Source of the DNA: Eledone cirrhosa
Taxonomy: Eukaryota
DNA length: 64,000 nt
Direction: 5' to 3'
NCBI GenBank assembly: GCA_964016885.1
Contig: OZ024741.1
Coordinates: 395,994,001-396,058,000, forward strand
The position numbers were made by a program, and so were the translations under genes. Shown here piece by piece: positions 48,950 to 61,900 of the stretch. The stretch's first letter is position 1. Each line of letters starts with the position of its first letter. The notes beneath the pieces were generated by a model. It worked only from the letters and a program-made list of their open reading frames with translations, was not told where the DNA came from and searched no databases.

Positions 48950-49320
48950 ATAATAGATATACAAAATATGATACACAAAAAGGAAAGCAAAAACGGAATT
49001 GGCCATCAATTCACGATCAAGTGCGACAATCGGCCGCACAAGACATCACTAGGATCAGCGGGATATTTTGAGGCAAGCCAACACGCTCGCAACATTACCG
49101 CGGGTGATGGCGAGGCTAAGGAGCTGAAACAACCAGGCACCTTCACGGGTATCACCTGACATCTCAGTAAGGCGAGGCTAAGGAGCTGAAACAACCAAGT
49201 ACCTTCACGGGCATCACCTGACACCTCAGTAAGGCCAGGTGATGACGAGGCTGAGGTGACGAAACAACCAAGTAGAACTCACGGGCATCACCTGACACCT
49301 CAGTAAGACGAGCTGCCAAC
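48950..49320 (-). mobile_element. CRE-like 3' fragment with internal duplications
   Basis: SGDAREGTWLFQLLSLA repeated; shares the 3'-UTR motif AAGTGCGACAATCGGC with 45586-45601. Confidence 0.75.
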
Positions 49321-49399
49321 GATTATTTATTAATATTTAGAGGTCAGAGAGATATGGAGATGTTTGTTTGGTTAACCGTAACACTACATGATATATTTA

Positions 49400-49850
49400 C
49401 AGTTAAGGCTGCTGTAGCAGAACGGAATAATCTTTTATTTTAATACTGGGAATTATCGACAAATATCCCCCACCCCTAGTCTGTGGTCGTTCGAGATTGG
49501 GAAAGCTGGGCTGATGACAACGAAGTTTTGTCATTGTTGGTGCTTCGCTCTATTGAAGTATCAGATGATGTTCCTGGTGAGTGTGTTTAGTTGATCCAGA
49601 GCCTTACTGTGGTATCAGATGATGCGGTGGTGGTGATTGGTTGTTCCAGCGACTTAGCTACGCTATCACCTGGCTTTACCAAGGTATCCAGTGATGCTCG
49701 TGAGGGTGCTTGGTTGTTCCAGTGACTTAGCCACGCTATCGCCCACTGTAATGCTACCAGTATGATGGCTCACCTCAAAAAGTGTTAGAGGGAGACTCCA
49801 GCACTCCTTGTGGTGTGTGACTGATTGGGACACATTACGTAGTGTTGACT
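49400..49850 (+). mobile_element. Highly decayed CRE-like 3' fragment
   Basis: GATGCTCGTGAGGGTGCTTGGTTGTTCCAG (DAREGAWLFQ) and AAVAERN-like remnants. Confidence 0.65.
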
Positions 49851-49879
49851 TAATATTCTATATTTTTATGTAATTAAGT

Positions 49880-50066
49880 AGGGGCTGGCAGTATCAGTAG
49901 AGGGTCTGACGCCATGCTTTGCAGCAAAGAGTTACGGCCCTTTATGGTCTGAGTTCAAATCCTGCCGAGGTTAATTTTGCCTTTCATCCTTACGGGGTCA
50001 ATAAAATAAAGTACCAGTAATGTACTGGGATAATTGTTGGCCATGTGCCAAACGTAGAAACAATTA
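49880..50066 (+). mobile_element. SINE family A
   Basis: Complete copy with CTGGCAGTATCAG (A-like) and GAGTTCAAATCC (B box). Confidence 0.82.
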
Positions 50067-50353
50067 TATATAATTTGTGATGATATTTTCATTCTGTAAG
50101 ATTTAAACATAAAACTGGTATCTGGGGTTCAATTCCTCATAACGGCCAATGGCAACTTCTTTTTCCGTCTTTTAAGAGTCTTCACCGTATTTTATAAACT
50201 ATCTTTATAGCATTTCTTCACTGGAACACTTTCTTTATACTTATATGTAACTTATTTATAAAATATTTGGTGGCAATATATTTGTTATTAAAATGGAACA
50301 TTCTATTGCAAATAAAATATTGTTGCTTTGCCTCAAAAATGTCTAATTATCCT

Positions 50354-50460
50354 TGTAGTGTGGTGTGGTGTAGTGTAGTGTGGTGTGGTGTAGTGTAGTG
50401 TGGTGTGGTGTAGTGTGGTATGGTGTAATGTGGTGTAGTGTAGTATGGTATGGTGTGTGT
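50354..50460. repeat. (GTGTA/GTGTG)n pentanucleotide repeat
   Basis: Direct reading of the sequence. Confidence 0.9.
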
Positions 50461-50985
50461 GACTGATTGACACACTTGGTGTTGAATTGGTGGGTCTTTT
50501 TTCTCTCTGATTATAAATTTTTGTGAATTATATAATGTGTAAAAGGATATATTTAAGAAGGCCAAGACAATGTGAAATGGACTGTAAAAGCAACAAAATA
50601 CTTTGTTACCTGGTATTTATTATTAACGTCTTTTTTTCTTTATTTGTCCTAATATATAAATCCCTTCTTCAGAGTATGGGGAACTCTCAGGGAAAAACGT
50701 TTCAGTTTTATCACTTTGAAGTTTGATTTAAGTTTAACATTTTGAAACCATTTTATTATATATATAAGGTTCCTAGCAATAATTATTGATTATTTATATG
50801 TACTTTCTGTGACCACCTCAGTGACTAATTTGTTATTTTGTGTCTCTCCTTTGTTCTGTCCTACACCAACTTGTTTTTGTGAGCTCCTCACAGGTGTGTG
50901 TGTTTTTATTCACAGTATGATCCTCCCAAAATATAACATTTGTTTTAACACACATTTTCAACTAAGAAACAAATACAAAAACAAA

Positions 50986-51050
<65 letters not shown>

Positions 51051-51054
51051 ATGT

Positions 51055-52030
51055 ATAGGAATAGTGGACACCTTCCGTTACCTGGGTGACAAAATCAGCA
51101 GTGGTGGAGGGTGCTCTGAAAGTAAAGTAGCTAAAGTCAGAATGGGATGGAAAAAGTTCAGAGAGCTTATACGACTATTGGCTACAAAAGGTTTCTCTCT
51201 AAAAATGAAAGGCAGATTGTATGATGCCTGTATACGAACAGCAATGTTACATGACAGTGAGACATGGGCATTGTGTGCAGAGGATCTGCACAGACTGTAG
51301 AGGAACGAAGCATCCATGTTCCGTTGGATGCGTTATAGTAATATACGCGAACGGCAAAGGAAAAATGAACTAAGTGAGAAATTAGGAATAAGAGGGATCA
51401 GATGCTGTTTACTCAAGAGAAGACTACGTTGGTATGGTCACATGATGCGCATGAAAGACGACAGCTGTATAAAAAAAGTGCAGGGTGATGGAAGTTACGG
51501 AGTAGGTAGAGCCAGAAAAACCTGGGACGATTTGATAAATTCCGATCTTACACACTTACACCTCTCCAAGACAATGTCACTGGACCGAGATCTTTGGCGG
51601 TATGCAGTAATACAGAAGACACGCCTTGCCTATGTACAAAGCGAAACCTACAGTCAGTAGGCACCTCTTAACCAAATATACACCCCCATCCCACTACCCC
51701 ACTCCCACCAACACCACCCTTTCTCTGTAAAGTTATGTTGGTACCACAACATCCAGTCCTAAATAAATGAAGTCGTGTAGGTGTCACGACAAAAAAAACA
51801 CATAGTCCACGGTGTAATGTAGCCATGTAGGTAACACTGTAGACACCTCCCAGTCCATACTGTAAATGGGGTTGGTGTTAGGAAGGGCATCTAGCCATAG
51901 AAAACCTGCCAGACAGTCCTATACGAGCGAGACACAGTCACCCGACCAATCTTGCCTCAAGTAGGACAATTCCTGTCTAAATCCATGCTAGTGTGGAAGA
52001 TAGACGTTAAACGATGATGATGATGATGAT
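51055..52030 (+). mobile_element. 5'-truncated RTE-type LINE abutting a (TA)n tract (50988-51052)
   Basis: FRYLG to the ORF end, 3' UTR and (GAT)n tail; near-identical to 41305-42290. Confidence 0.92.
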
Positions 52031-52096
52031 ATGTGTGTGTGTGTGTGTGTGTTAGTTAGGTATATAACAACTGTTACAGGTGGTGCACATATAAGC

Positions 52097-52197
52097 TTGC
52101 ATATCTGACGAGTTGTCAAAAAAGAGTAGGGCCCCATCATCTTGGTTGTACCCTGAGTTGATTGATGATATCGAAACAATTATAATATGTCAATAAA
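52097..52197 (+). ncRNA. Decayed type I hammerhead-like motif (Penelope-like element relic)
   Basis: GCATAT-CTGACGA-stem II-GAAAC-AATT-ATA-ATATGT followed by AATAAA; one core pair is broken. Confidence 0.45.
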
Positions 52198-52489
52198 GTT
52201 TGTACATATGCTGCAACACTAACTGCAAATATATATATATATAAGTGAAATGATTATAAAGGTGAATATACCGTTAAAACATGTTTATATTCTCCTTTGT
52301 AATCATTTCACTTGTAACCGCTCTGCTTATATTCTCGCCCACTAAATATTAACTCTTCTAATATTTAACCGTGTAGACACAAGTATTGACCACAATTGCA
52401 CAAGCTATTGGCAACTATATGTATCGCTTATCTCTTCTTCTCTCTCTCGATACTTAAATATTCTATATATATATATATATGTGTGTATG

Positions 52490-52756
52490 CATTGTGTTCT
52501 TGAGCAAGGCTCTTTATTTCACATTCCTCCAGTTTACTCAGCTGTAGAAATGAGTTGTGACGTCACTGGTGCCAAGTTGTATCGACCATTGCTTTTCTCT
52601 TGGACAACATCAGTGGTGTGGAGAGAAGAGACTGGTATACATGGGTGACTGCTGGTCTTCCACAAACAACCTTGCCCAGACTTGTGCCTCGGAGGAGAAC
52701 TTTCTAGGTGCAAATCCCATGATTATTAGGGACCAAAGCGGGTCTTTACCCTTTTA
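52490..52756 (+). mobile_element. Headless SINE family B body
   Basis: GTGTTCTTGAGCAAGGCTCTTTATTTCACATTCCTCCAGTTTACTCAGCTGTAGAAA matches 31150-31208. Confidence 0.7.
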
Positions 52757-52914
52757 TATATGACATCAGTATAACCATACAACAAATATGTAAGTTTAAA
52801 TAGAAGTACATACATGTAATTAATTATTGCAGGGAATCTTATACATATATAACACAAAAATATATAATCGAAGCAAGAGATAAAAAGACATTAAAACATC
52901 AATTCAACACTAAC

Positions 52915-55900
52915 GACATCAATCAGTCAGACTACAAGGGTCAAAGGACATCAATCAGTCACACAACAAGAGTCAAAGTGCATCAATCAGTCACACTACA
53001 AGGGTCAAAGGACATCAATCAGTCACACAACAAGGGTCAAAGGACATCAATTGGTCACACCACAAGGGTCAAAGGACATCGATCAGTCACACCACAAGGG
53101 TCAAAGGACATCAATTGGTCACACCACAAGGGTCAAAGGACATCAATCAGTCACACCACAAGGGGCAAAGTGCATCAATTGGTCACACCACAAGGGTCAA
53201 AGGACATCAATCAGTCACACCACAAGGGTGAAGGGACATCAATTGGTCACACCACAAGAGTCAAAGTGCATCAATCAGTCACACCACAAGGGTCAAATTC
53301 CTTCAATCAGTCACACTACAAGGGTCAAAGTGCATCAATCAGTCACACTACAAGGGTCAAAGTGCATCAATCAGTCACACCAAAAGGGTCAAAGTGCATC
53401 AATCAGTCACACCACAAGGGTCAAAGTGCATCAATCAGTTACACCACAAGAGTCAAAGTGCATCAATCAGTCACACCACAAGGGTCAAAGTGCATCAATC
53501 AGCCACACCACAAGGGTCAAAGTGCATCAATCAGTCACACCACAAGAGTCAAAGTGCATCAATCAGTCACACCACAAGAGTCAAAGTGCATCAATCAGTC
53601 ACACCACAAGGGTCAAAGTGCATCAATCAGTTACACCACAAGAGTCAAAGTTCATCAATCAGTCACACCACAAGGGTCAAAGTGCATCAATCAGTCACAC
53701 CACAAGGGTCAAAGTGCATCAATCAGTCACACCACAAGGGTCAAAGTGCATCAATCAGCCACACCACAAGGGTCAAAGTGCATCAATCAGTTACACCACA
53801 AGAATCAAAGTGCATCAATCAGTCACACCACAAGGGTCAAAGTGCATCAATCAGTCACACCACAAGGGTCAAAGTGCATCAATCAGCCACACCACAAGGG
53901 TCAAAGTGCATCAATCAGTTACACCACAAGAGTCAAAGTGCATCAATCAGTCACACCACAAGGGTCAAAGTGCATCAATCAGTCACACCACAAGAGTCAA
54001 AGTGCATCAATCAGTCACACCACAAGAGTCAAAGTGCATCAATCAGTCACACCACAAGGGTCAATGTGCATCAATCAGTTACACCACAAGAGTCAAAGTG
54101 CATCAATCAGTTACACCACAAGAGTCAAAGTGCATCAATCAGTCACACCACAAGGGTCAAATTGCATCAATCAGTCACACCACAAGGGTCAAAGTGCATC
54201 AATCAGTCACACCACAAGGGTCAAATTCCTTCAATCAGTCACACCACAAGGGTCAAATTCCTTCAATCAGTCACACCACAAGAGTCAAAGTGCGTCAATC
54301 AGTCACACCACAAGGGTCAAAGTGCTTCAATCAGTTACACCACAAGAGTCAAAGTGCATCAATCAGTCACACCACAAGAGTCAAAGTGCATCAATCAGTC
54401 ACACCACAAGAGTCAAAGTGCATCAATCAGTCACACCACAAGGGTCAAAGTGCATCAATCAGTCACACCACAAGAGTCAAAGTGCATCAATCAGTCACAC
54501 CACAAGGGTCAAATTCCTTCAATCAGTCACACCACAAGGGTCAAATTCCTTCAATCAGTCACACCATAAGAGTCAAAGTGCATCAATCAGTCACACCACA
54601 AGGGTCAAAGTGCATCAATCAGTTACACCACAAGAGTCAAAGTGCATCAATCAGTCACACCACAAGAGTCAAAGTGCATCAATCAGTCACACCACAAGGG
54701 TCAAAGTGCATCAATCAGTCACACCACAAGAGTCAAAGTGCATCAATCTGACACACCACAAGAGTCAAAGTGCATCAATCAGTCACACCACAAGGGTAGA
54801 CTTCCTTCAATCAGTCACACCACAAGAATCAAAGTGCATCAATCAGTCACACCACAAGAGTCAAAGTGCATCAATCAGTCACACCACAGGGGTCAAAGTG
54901 CATCAATCAGTCACACAACAAGGGTCAAAGTGCATCAATCAGTCACACCAAAAGGGTCAAATTCCTTCAATCAGTCACACCAAAAGAGTCAAAGTGCATC
55001 AATCAGTCACACCACATGGGTCAAATTCCTTCAATCAGTCACACCACAAGAGTCAAAGTGCATCAATCAGTCACACCACAAGAGTCAAAGTGCATCAATC
55101 AGTCACACCACAAGGGTCAAAGTGCATCAATCAGTCACACCACAAGGGTCAAAGTGCATCAATCAGTCACACCACAAGGGTCAAAGTGCATCAATCAGTC
55201 ACACAACAAGGGTCAAATTCCTTCAATCAGTCACACCACAAGAGTCAAAGTGCATCAATCAGTCACACCACAAGGGTCAAAGTGCATCAATCAGTCACAC
55301 CACAAGGGTCAAAGTGCATCAATCAGTCACACCACAAGGGTCAAATTCCTTCAATCAGTCACACCACAAGAGTCAAAGTGCATAAATCAGTCACAACACA
55401 AGGGTCAAATTCCTTCAATCAGTCACACCACAAGAGTCAAAGTGCATCAATCAGTCACACCACAAGGGTCAAATTCCTTCAATCAGTCACACCACAAGAG
55501 TCAAAGTGCATCAATCAGTCACACCACAAGGGTCAAATTCCTTCAATCAGTCACACCACAAGGGTCAAATTCCTTCAATCAGTCACACCACAAGGTTCAA
55601 AGTGCATCAATCAGTCACACCACAAGAGTCAAAGTGCATCAATCAGTCACACCACAAGAGTCAAAGTGCATCAATCAGTCACACCACAAGAGTGAAAGTG
55701 CATCAATCAGTCACACCACAAGGGTCAAATTCCTTCAATCAGTCACACCACAAGGGTCAAAGTACATCAATCAGTCACACCACAAGAGTCAAAGTGCATC
55801 AATCAGTCACACCACAAGAGTCAAAGTGCATCAATCAGTCACACCACAAGGGTCAAAGTGCATCAATCAGTCACACAACAAGGGTCAAAGTGCATCAATC

Positions 55901-58900
55901 AGTCACACCACAAGGGTCAAATTCCTTCAATCAGTCACACCAAAAGAGTCAAAGTGCATCAATCAGTCACACCACAAGGGTCAAATTCCTTCAGTCAGTC
56001 ACACCACAAGAGTCAAAGTGCATCAATCAGTCACACCACAAGAGTCAAAGTGCATCAATCAGTCACACCACAAGGGTCAAATTCCTTCAATCAGTCACAC
56101 CACAAGAGTCAAAGTGCATCAATCAGTCACACCACAAGGGTCAAAGTGCATCAATCAGTCACACCACAAGGGTCAAAGTGCATCAATCAGTCACACCATA
56201 AGGGTCAAATTCCTTCAATCAGTCACACCACAAGAGTCAAAGTGCATCAATCAGTCACACCACAAGAGTCAAAGTGCATCAATCAGTCACACCACAAGAG
56301 TCAAAGTGCATCAATCAGTCACAACACAAGGGTCAAATTCCTTCAATCAGTCACACCACAAGAGTCAAAGTGCATCAATCAGTCACACCACAAGGGTCAA
56401 ATTCCTTCAATCAGTCACACCACAAGAGTCAAAGTGCATCAATCAGTCACACCACAAGAGTCAAAGTGCATCAATCAGTCACACCACAAGGGTCAAAGTG
56501 CATCAATCAGCCACACCACAAGGGTCAAAGTGCATCAATCAGTCACACCACAAGGGTCAAAGTGCATCAATCAGTCACACCACAAGGGTCAAAGTGCATC
56601 AATCAGTCACACCACAAGGGTCAAAGTGTATCAACCAGTCACACCACAAGGGTCAAATTCTTTCAATCAGTCACACCACAAGAATCAAAGTGCATCAATC
56701 AGTCACACCACAAGGGTCAAAGTGCATCAATCAGTCACACCACAAGGGTCAAAGTGCATCAATCAGTCACACCACAAGGGTCAAAGTGCATCAATCAGTC
56801 ACACCACAATGGTCAAAGTGTATCAATCAGTCACACCACAAGAGTCAAAGTGCATCAATCAGTCACACCACAAGGGTCAAAGTGCATCAATCAGTCACAC
56901 CACAAGGGTCAAAGTGCATCAATCAGTCACACAACAAGGGTCAAAGTGCATCAATCAGTCACACCACAAGAGTCAAAGTGCATCAATCAGTCACACCACA
57001 AGGGTCAAATTCCTTCAATCAGTCACACCACAAGAGTCAAAGTGCATCAATCAGTCACACCACAAGGGTCAAAGTGCATCAATCAGTCACACAACAAGGG
57101 TCAAAGTGTTTCAATCAGTCACACCACAAGGGTCAAAGTGCATCAATCAGTCACACCACAAGGGTCAAAGTGCATCAATCAGTCATACCACAAGAGTCAA
57201 AGTGCATCAATCAGTCACACAACAAGGGTCAAATTGCATCAATCAGTCACACCACAAGGGTCAAATTCCTTCAATCAGTCACACCACAAGGGTCAAAGTG
57301 TTTCAATAAGTCACACCACAAGGGTCAAAGTGTTTCAATCAGTCACACTACAAGGGTCAAAGTGCATCAATTAGTCACACCACAAGGGTCAAATTCCTTC
57401 AATCAGTCACACCACAAGGGTCAAAGTGCATCAATCAGTCACACCACAAGGGTCAAATTCCTTCAATCAGTCACACCCCAAGGGTCAAAGTGCATCAATC
57501 AGTCACACCACAAGGGTCAAAGTACATCAATCAGTCACACCACAAGAGTCAAAGTGCTTCAATCAGTCACACCACAAGGGTCAAATTCCTTCAATCAGTC
57601 ACACCACAAGGGTCAAAGTGTTTCAATCAGTCACACCACAAGGGTCAAATTCCATCAATCAGTCACACCACAAGGGTCAAAGTGCATCAATCAGTCACAC
57701 CACAAGGGTCAAATTCCTTCAATCAGTCACACCACAAGGGTCAAAGTGCATCAATCAGTCACACCACAAGAGTCAAAGTGCTTCAATCAGTCACACCACA
57801 AGGGTCAAATTCCTTCAATCAGTCACACCACAAGGGTCAAAGTGCATCAATCAGTCACACCACAAGAGTCAAAGTGCATCAATCAGTCACACCACAAGGG
57901 TCAAAGTGCATCAATCAGCCACACCACAAGGGTCAAAGTGCATCAATCAGTCACACCACAAGGGTCAAATTCCTTCAATCAGTCACACCACAAGGGTCAA
58001 AGTGCATCAATCAGTCACACCACAAGGGTCAAATTGCATCAATCAGTCACACCACAAGAGTCAACGTGCTTCAATCAGTCACACCACAAGGGTCAAATTC
58101 CTTCAATCAGTCACACCACAAGGGTCAAAGTGCATCAATCAGTCACACCAGAAGGGTCAAAGTGCATCAATCAGTCACACCACAAGGGTCAAAGTGCATC
58201 AATCAGTCACACCACAAGGGTCAAATTCCTTCAATCAGTCACACCACAAGAGTCAAAGTGCATCAATCAGTCACACCACAAGGGTCAAATTCCTTCAATC
58301 AGTCACACCACAAGGGTCGAAGTGCATCAATCAGTCACACCACAAGGGTCAAAGTGCATCAATCAGTCACACCACAAGGGTCAAAGTGCATCAATCAGTC
58401 ACACCACAAGAGTCAAAGTGCATCAATCAGTCACACCACAAGGGTCAAAGTGCATCAATCAGTCACACCACAAGGGTCAAAGTGCATCAATCAGTCACAC
58501 CACAAGGGTCAAAGTGCATCAATCAGTCACACCACAAGGGTCAAAGTGCATCAATCAGTCACAACACAAGAGTCAAAGTGCATCAATCAGTCACACCACA
58601 AGGGTCAAAGTGCATCAATCAGTCACACCACAAGGGTCAAAGTGCATCAATCAGTCACACCACAAGGGTCAAAGTGCATCAATCAGTCACACCACAAGAG
58701 TCAAAGTGCATCAATCAGTCACACCACAAGGGTCAAATTCCTTCAATCAGTCACACCACAAGAGTCAAAGTGCATCAATCAGTCACACCACAAGGGTCAA
58801 AGTGCATCAATCAGTTACACCACAAGGGTCAAAGTGCGTCAATCAGTCACACCACAAGGGTCAAATTCCTTCAATCAGTCACACCACAAGGGTCAAAGTG

Positions 58901-61900
58901 CATCAATCAGTCACACCACAAGAGTCAAAGTGCATCAATCAGTCACACCACAAGGGTCAAAGTGCATCAATCAGCCACACCACAAGGTCAAAGTGCATCA
59001 ATCAGTCACACCACAAGGGTCAAAGTGCATCAATCAGTCACACCACAAGGGTCAAAGTGCATCAATCAGTCACACCACAAGGGTCAAAGTGCATCAATCA
59101 GTCACACCACAAGGGTCAAAGTGCATCAATCAGTCACACCACAAGAGTCAAAGTGCATCAATCAGTCACACCACAAGGGTCAAATTCCGTCAATCAGTCA
59201 CACCACAAGGGTCAAAGTGCATCAATCAGTCACACCACAAGGGTCAAAGTGCATCAATCAGTTACACCACAAGGGTCAAAGTGCATCAATCAGTCACACC
59301 ACAAGGGTCAAATTCCTTCAATCAGTCACACCACAAGGGTCAAAGTGCATCAATCAGTCACACCACAAGAGTCAAAGTGCATCAATCAGTCACACCACAA
59401 GAGTCAAAGTGCATCAATCAGCCACACCACAAGGGTCAAAGTGCATCAATCAGTCACACCACAAGGGTCAAAGTGCATCAATCAGTCAGACCGCAAGGGT
59501 CAAAGTGGATCAATCAGTCACACCACAAGTGTCAAAGTGCATCAATCAGTCACACCACAAGGGTCAAAGTGCATCAATCAGTCACACCACAAGAGTCAAA
59601 GTGCATCAATCAGTCACACCACAAGAGTCAAAGTGCATCAATCAGTCACACCACAAGGGTCAAATTCCTTCAATCAGTCACACCACCAGGGTCAAAGTGC
59701 ATCAATCAGTCACACCACAAGAGTCAAAGTGCATCAATCAGTCACACCACAAGGGTCAAAGTGCATCAATCAGTCACACCACGAGGGTCAAAGTGCATCA
59801 ATTAGTCACACCACAAGGGTCAAAGTGCATCAATCAGTCACACCAGAAGGGTCAAAGTGCATCAATCAGTCACACCACAAGAGTCAAAGTGCATCAATCA
59901 GCCACACCACAAGGGTCAAAGTGCATCAATCAGTCACACCACAAGAGTCAAAGTGCATCAATCAGTCACACCACAAGGGTCAAAGTGCATCAATCAGTCA
60001 CACCACAAGGGTCAAAGTGCATCATTCAGTCACACCACAAGGGTCAAAGTGCATCAATCAGTCACACCACAAGGGTCAAAGTGCATCAATCAGTCACACC
60101 ACAAGGGTCAAGGTGCATCAATCAGTCACACCACAAGGGTCAAATTCCTTCAATCAGTCACACCACAAGGGTCAAAGTGCATCAATCAGTCACATAACAA
60201 GAGTCAAAGTGCATCAATCAGCCACACCACAAGGGTCAAAGTGCATCAATCAGTCACACCACAAGGGTCAAAGTGCATCAATCAGTCAGACCACAAGGGT
60301 CAAAGTGGATCAATCAGTCACACCACAAGGGTCAAAGTGCATCAATCAGTCACACCACAAGGGTCAAAGTGCATCAATCAGTCACACCACAAGAGTCAAA
60401 GTGCATCAATCAGCCACACCACAAGGGTCAAAGTGCATCAATCAGTCACACCACAAGGGTCAAATTCCTTCAATCAGTCACACCACAAGGGTCAAAGTGC
60501 ATCAATCAGTCACACCACAAGAGTCAAAGTGCATCAATCAGTCACACCACAAGGGTCAAAGTGCATCAATCAGTCACACCACAAGGGTCAAAGTGCATCA
60601 ATCAGTCACACCACAAGTGTCAAAGTGCATCAATCAGTTACACTACAAGGGTCAAAGTGCATCAATCAGTCACACCACAAGGGTCAAATTCCTTCAATCA
60701 GTCACACCACAAGGGTCAAAGTGCATCAATCAGTTACACCACAAGAGTCAAAGTACATCAATCAGTCACACCACAAGGGTCAAAGTGCATCAATCAGCCA
60801 CACCACAAGGGTCAAAGTGCATCAATCAGTCACACCACAAGGGTCAAAGTGCATCAATCAGTCACACCACAAGAGTCAAAGTGCATCAATCAGTCACACC
60901 ACAAGGGTCAAAGTGCATCAATCAGTCACACCACAAGGGTCAAAGTGCATCAATCAGTCACACCACAAGGGTCAAAGTGCATCAATCAGTCACACCACAA
61001 GGGTCAAAGTGCATCAATCAGTCACACCACAAGAGTCAAAGTGCATCAATCAGCCGCACCACAAGGGTCAAAGTGCATCAATCAGTCACACCACAAGAGT
61101 CAAAGTGCATCAATCAGTCACACCACAAGGGTCAAAGTGCATCAATCAGTCACACCACAAGGGTCAAAGTGCATCAATCAGTCACACCACAAGGGTCAAA
61201 GTGCATCAATCAGTCACACCACAAGGGTCAAAGTGCATCAATCAGTCACACCACAAGAGTCAAAGTGCATCAATCAGTCACACCACAAGGGTCAAATTGC
61301 TTCAATCAGTCACACCACAAGGGTCAAAGTGCATCAATCAGTCACACCACAAGAGTCAAAGTGCATCAATCAGCCACACCACAAGGGTCAAAGTGCATCA
61401 ATCAGTCACACCACAAGGGTCAAAGTGCATCAATCAGTCAGACCACAAGGGTCAAAGTGGATCAATCAGTCACACCACAAGAGTCAAAGTGCATCAGTCA
61501 GTCACACCACAAGGGTCAAAGTGCATCAATCAGTCACACCACAAGAGTCAAAGTGCATCAATCAGTCACACCACAAGAGTCAAAGTGCATCAATCAGTCA
61601 CACCACAAGAGTCAAAGTGCATCAATCAGTCACACCACAAGGGTCAAAGTGCATCAATCAGTCACACCACAAGGGTCAAAGTGCATCAATCAGTCACACC
61701 ACAAGGGTCAAAGTGCATCAATCAGTCACACCACAAGGGTCAAAGTGCATCAATCAGTCACACCACAAGAGTCAAAGTGCATCAATCAGTCACACCACAA
61801 GGGTCAAATTCCTTCAATCAGTCACACCACAATGGTCAAAGTGCATCAATCAGTCACACCACAAGAGTAAAAGTGCATCAATCAGTCACACCACAAGGGT

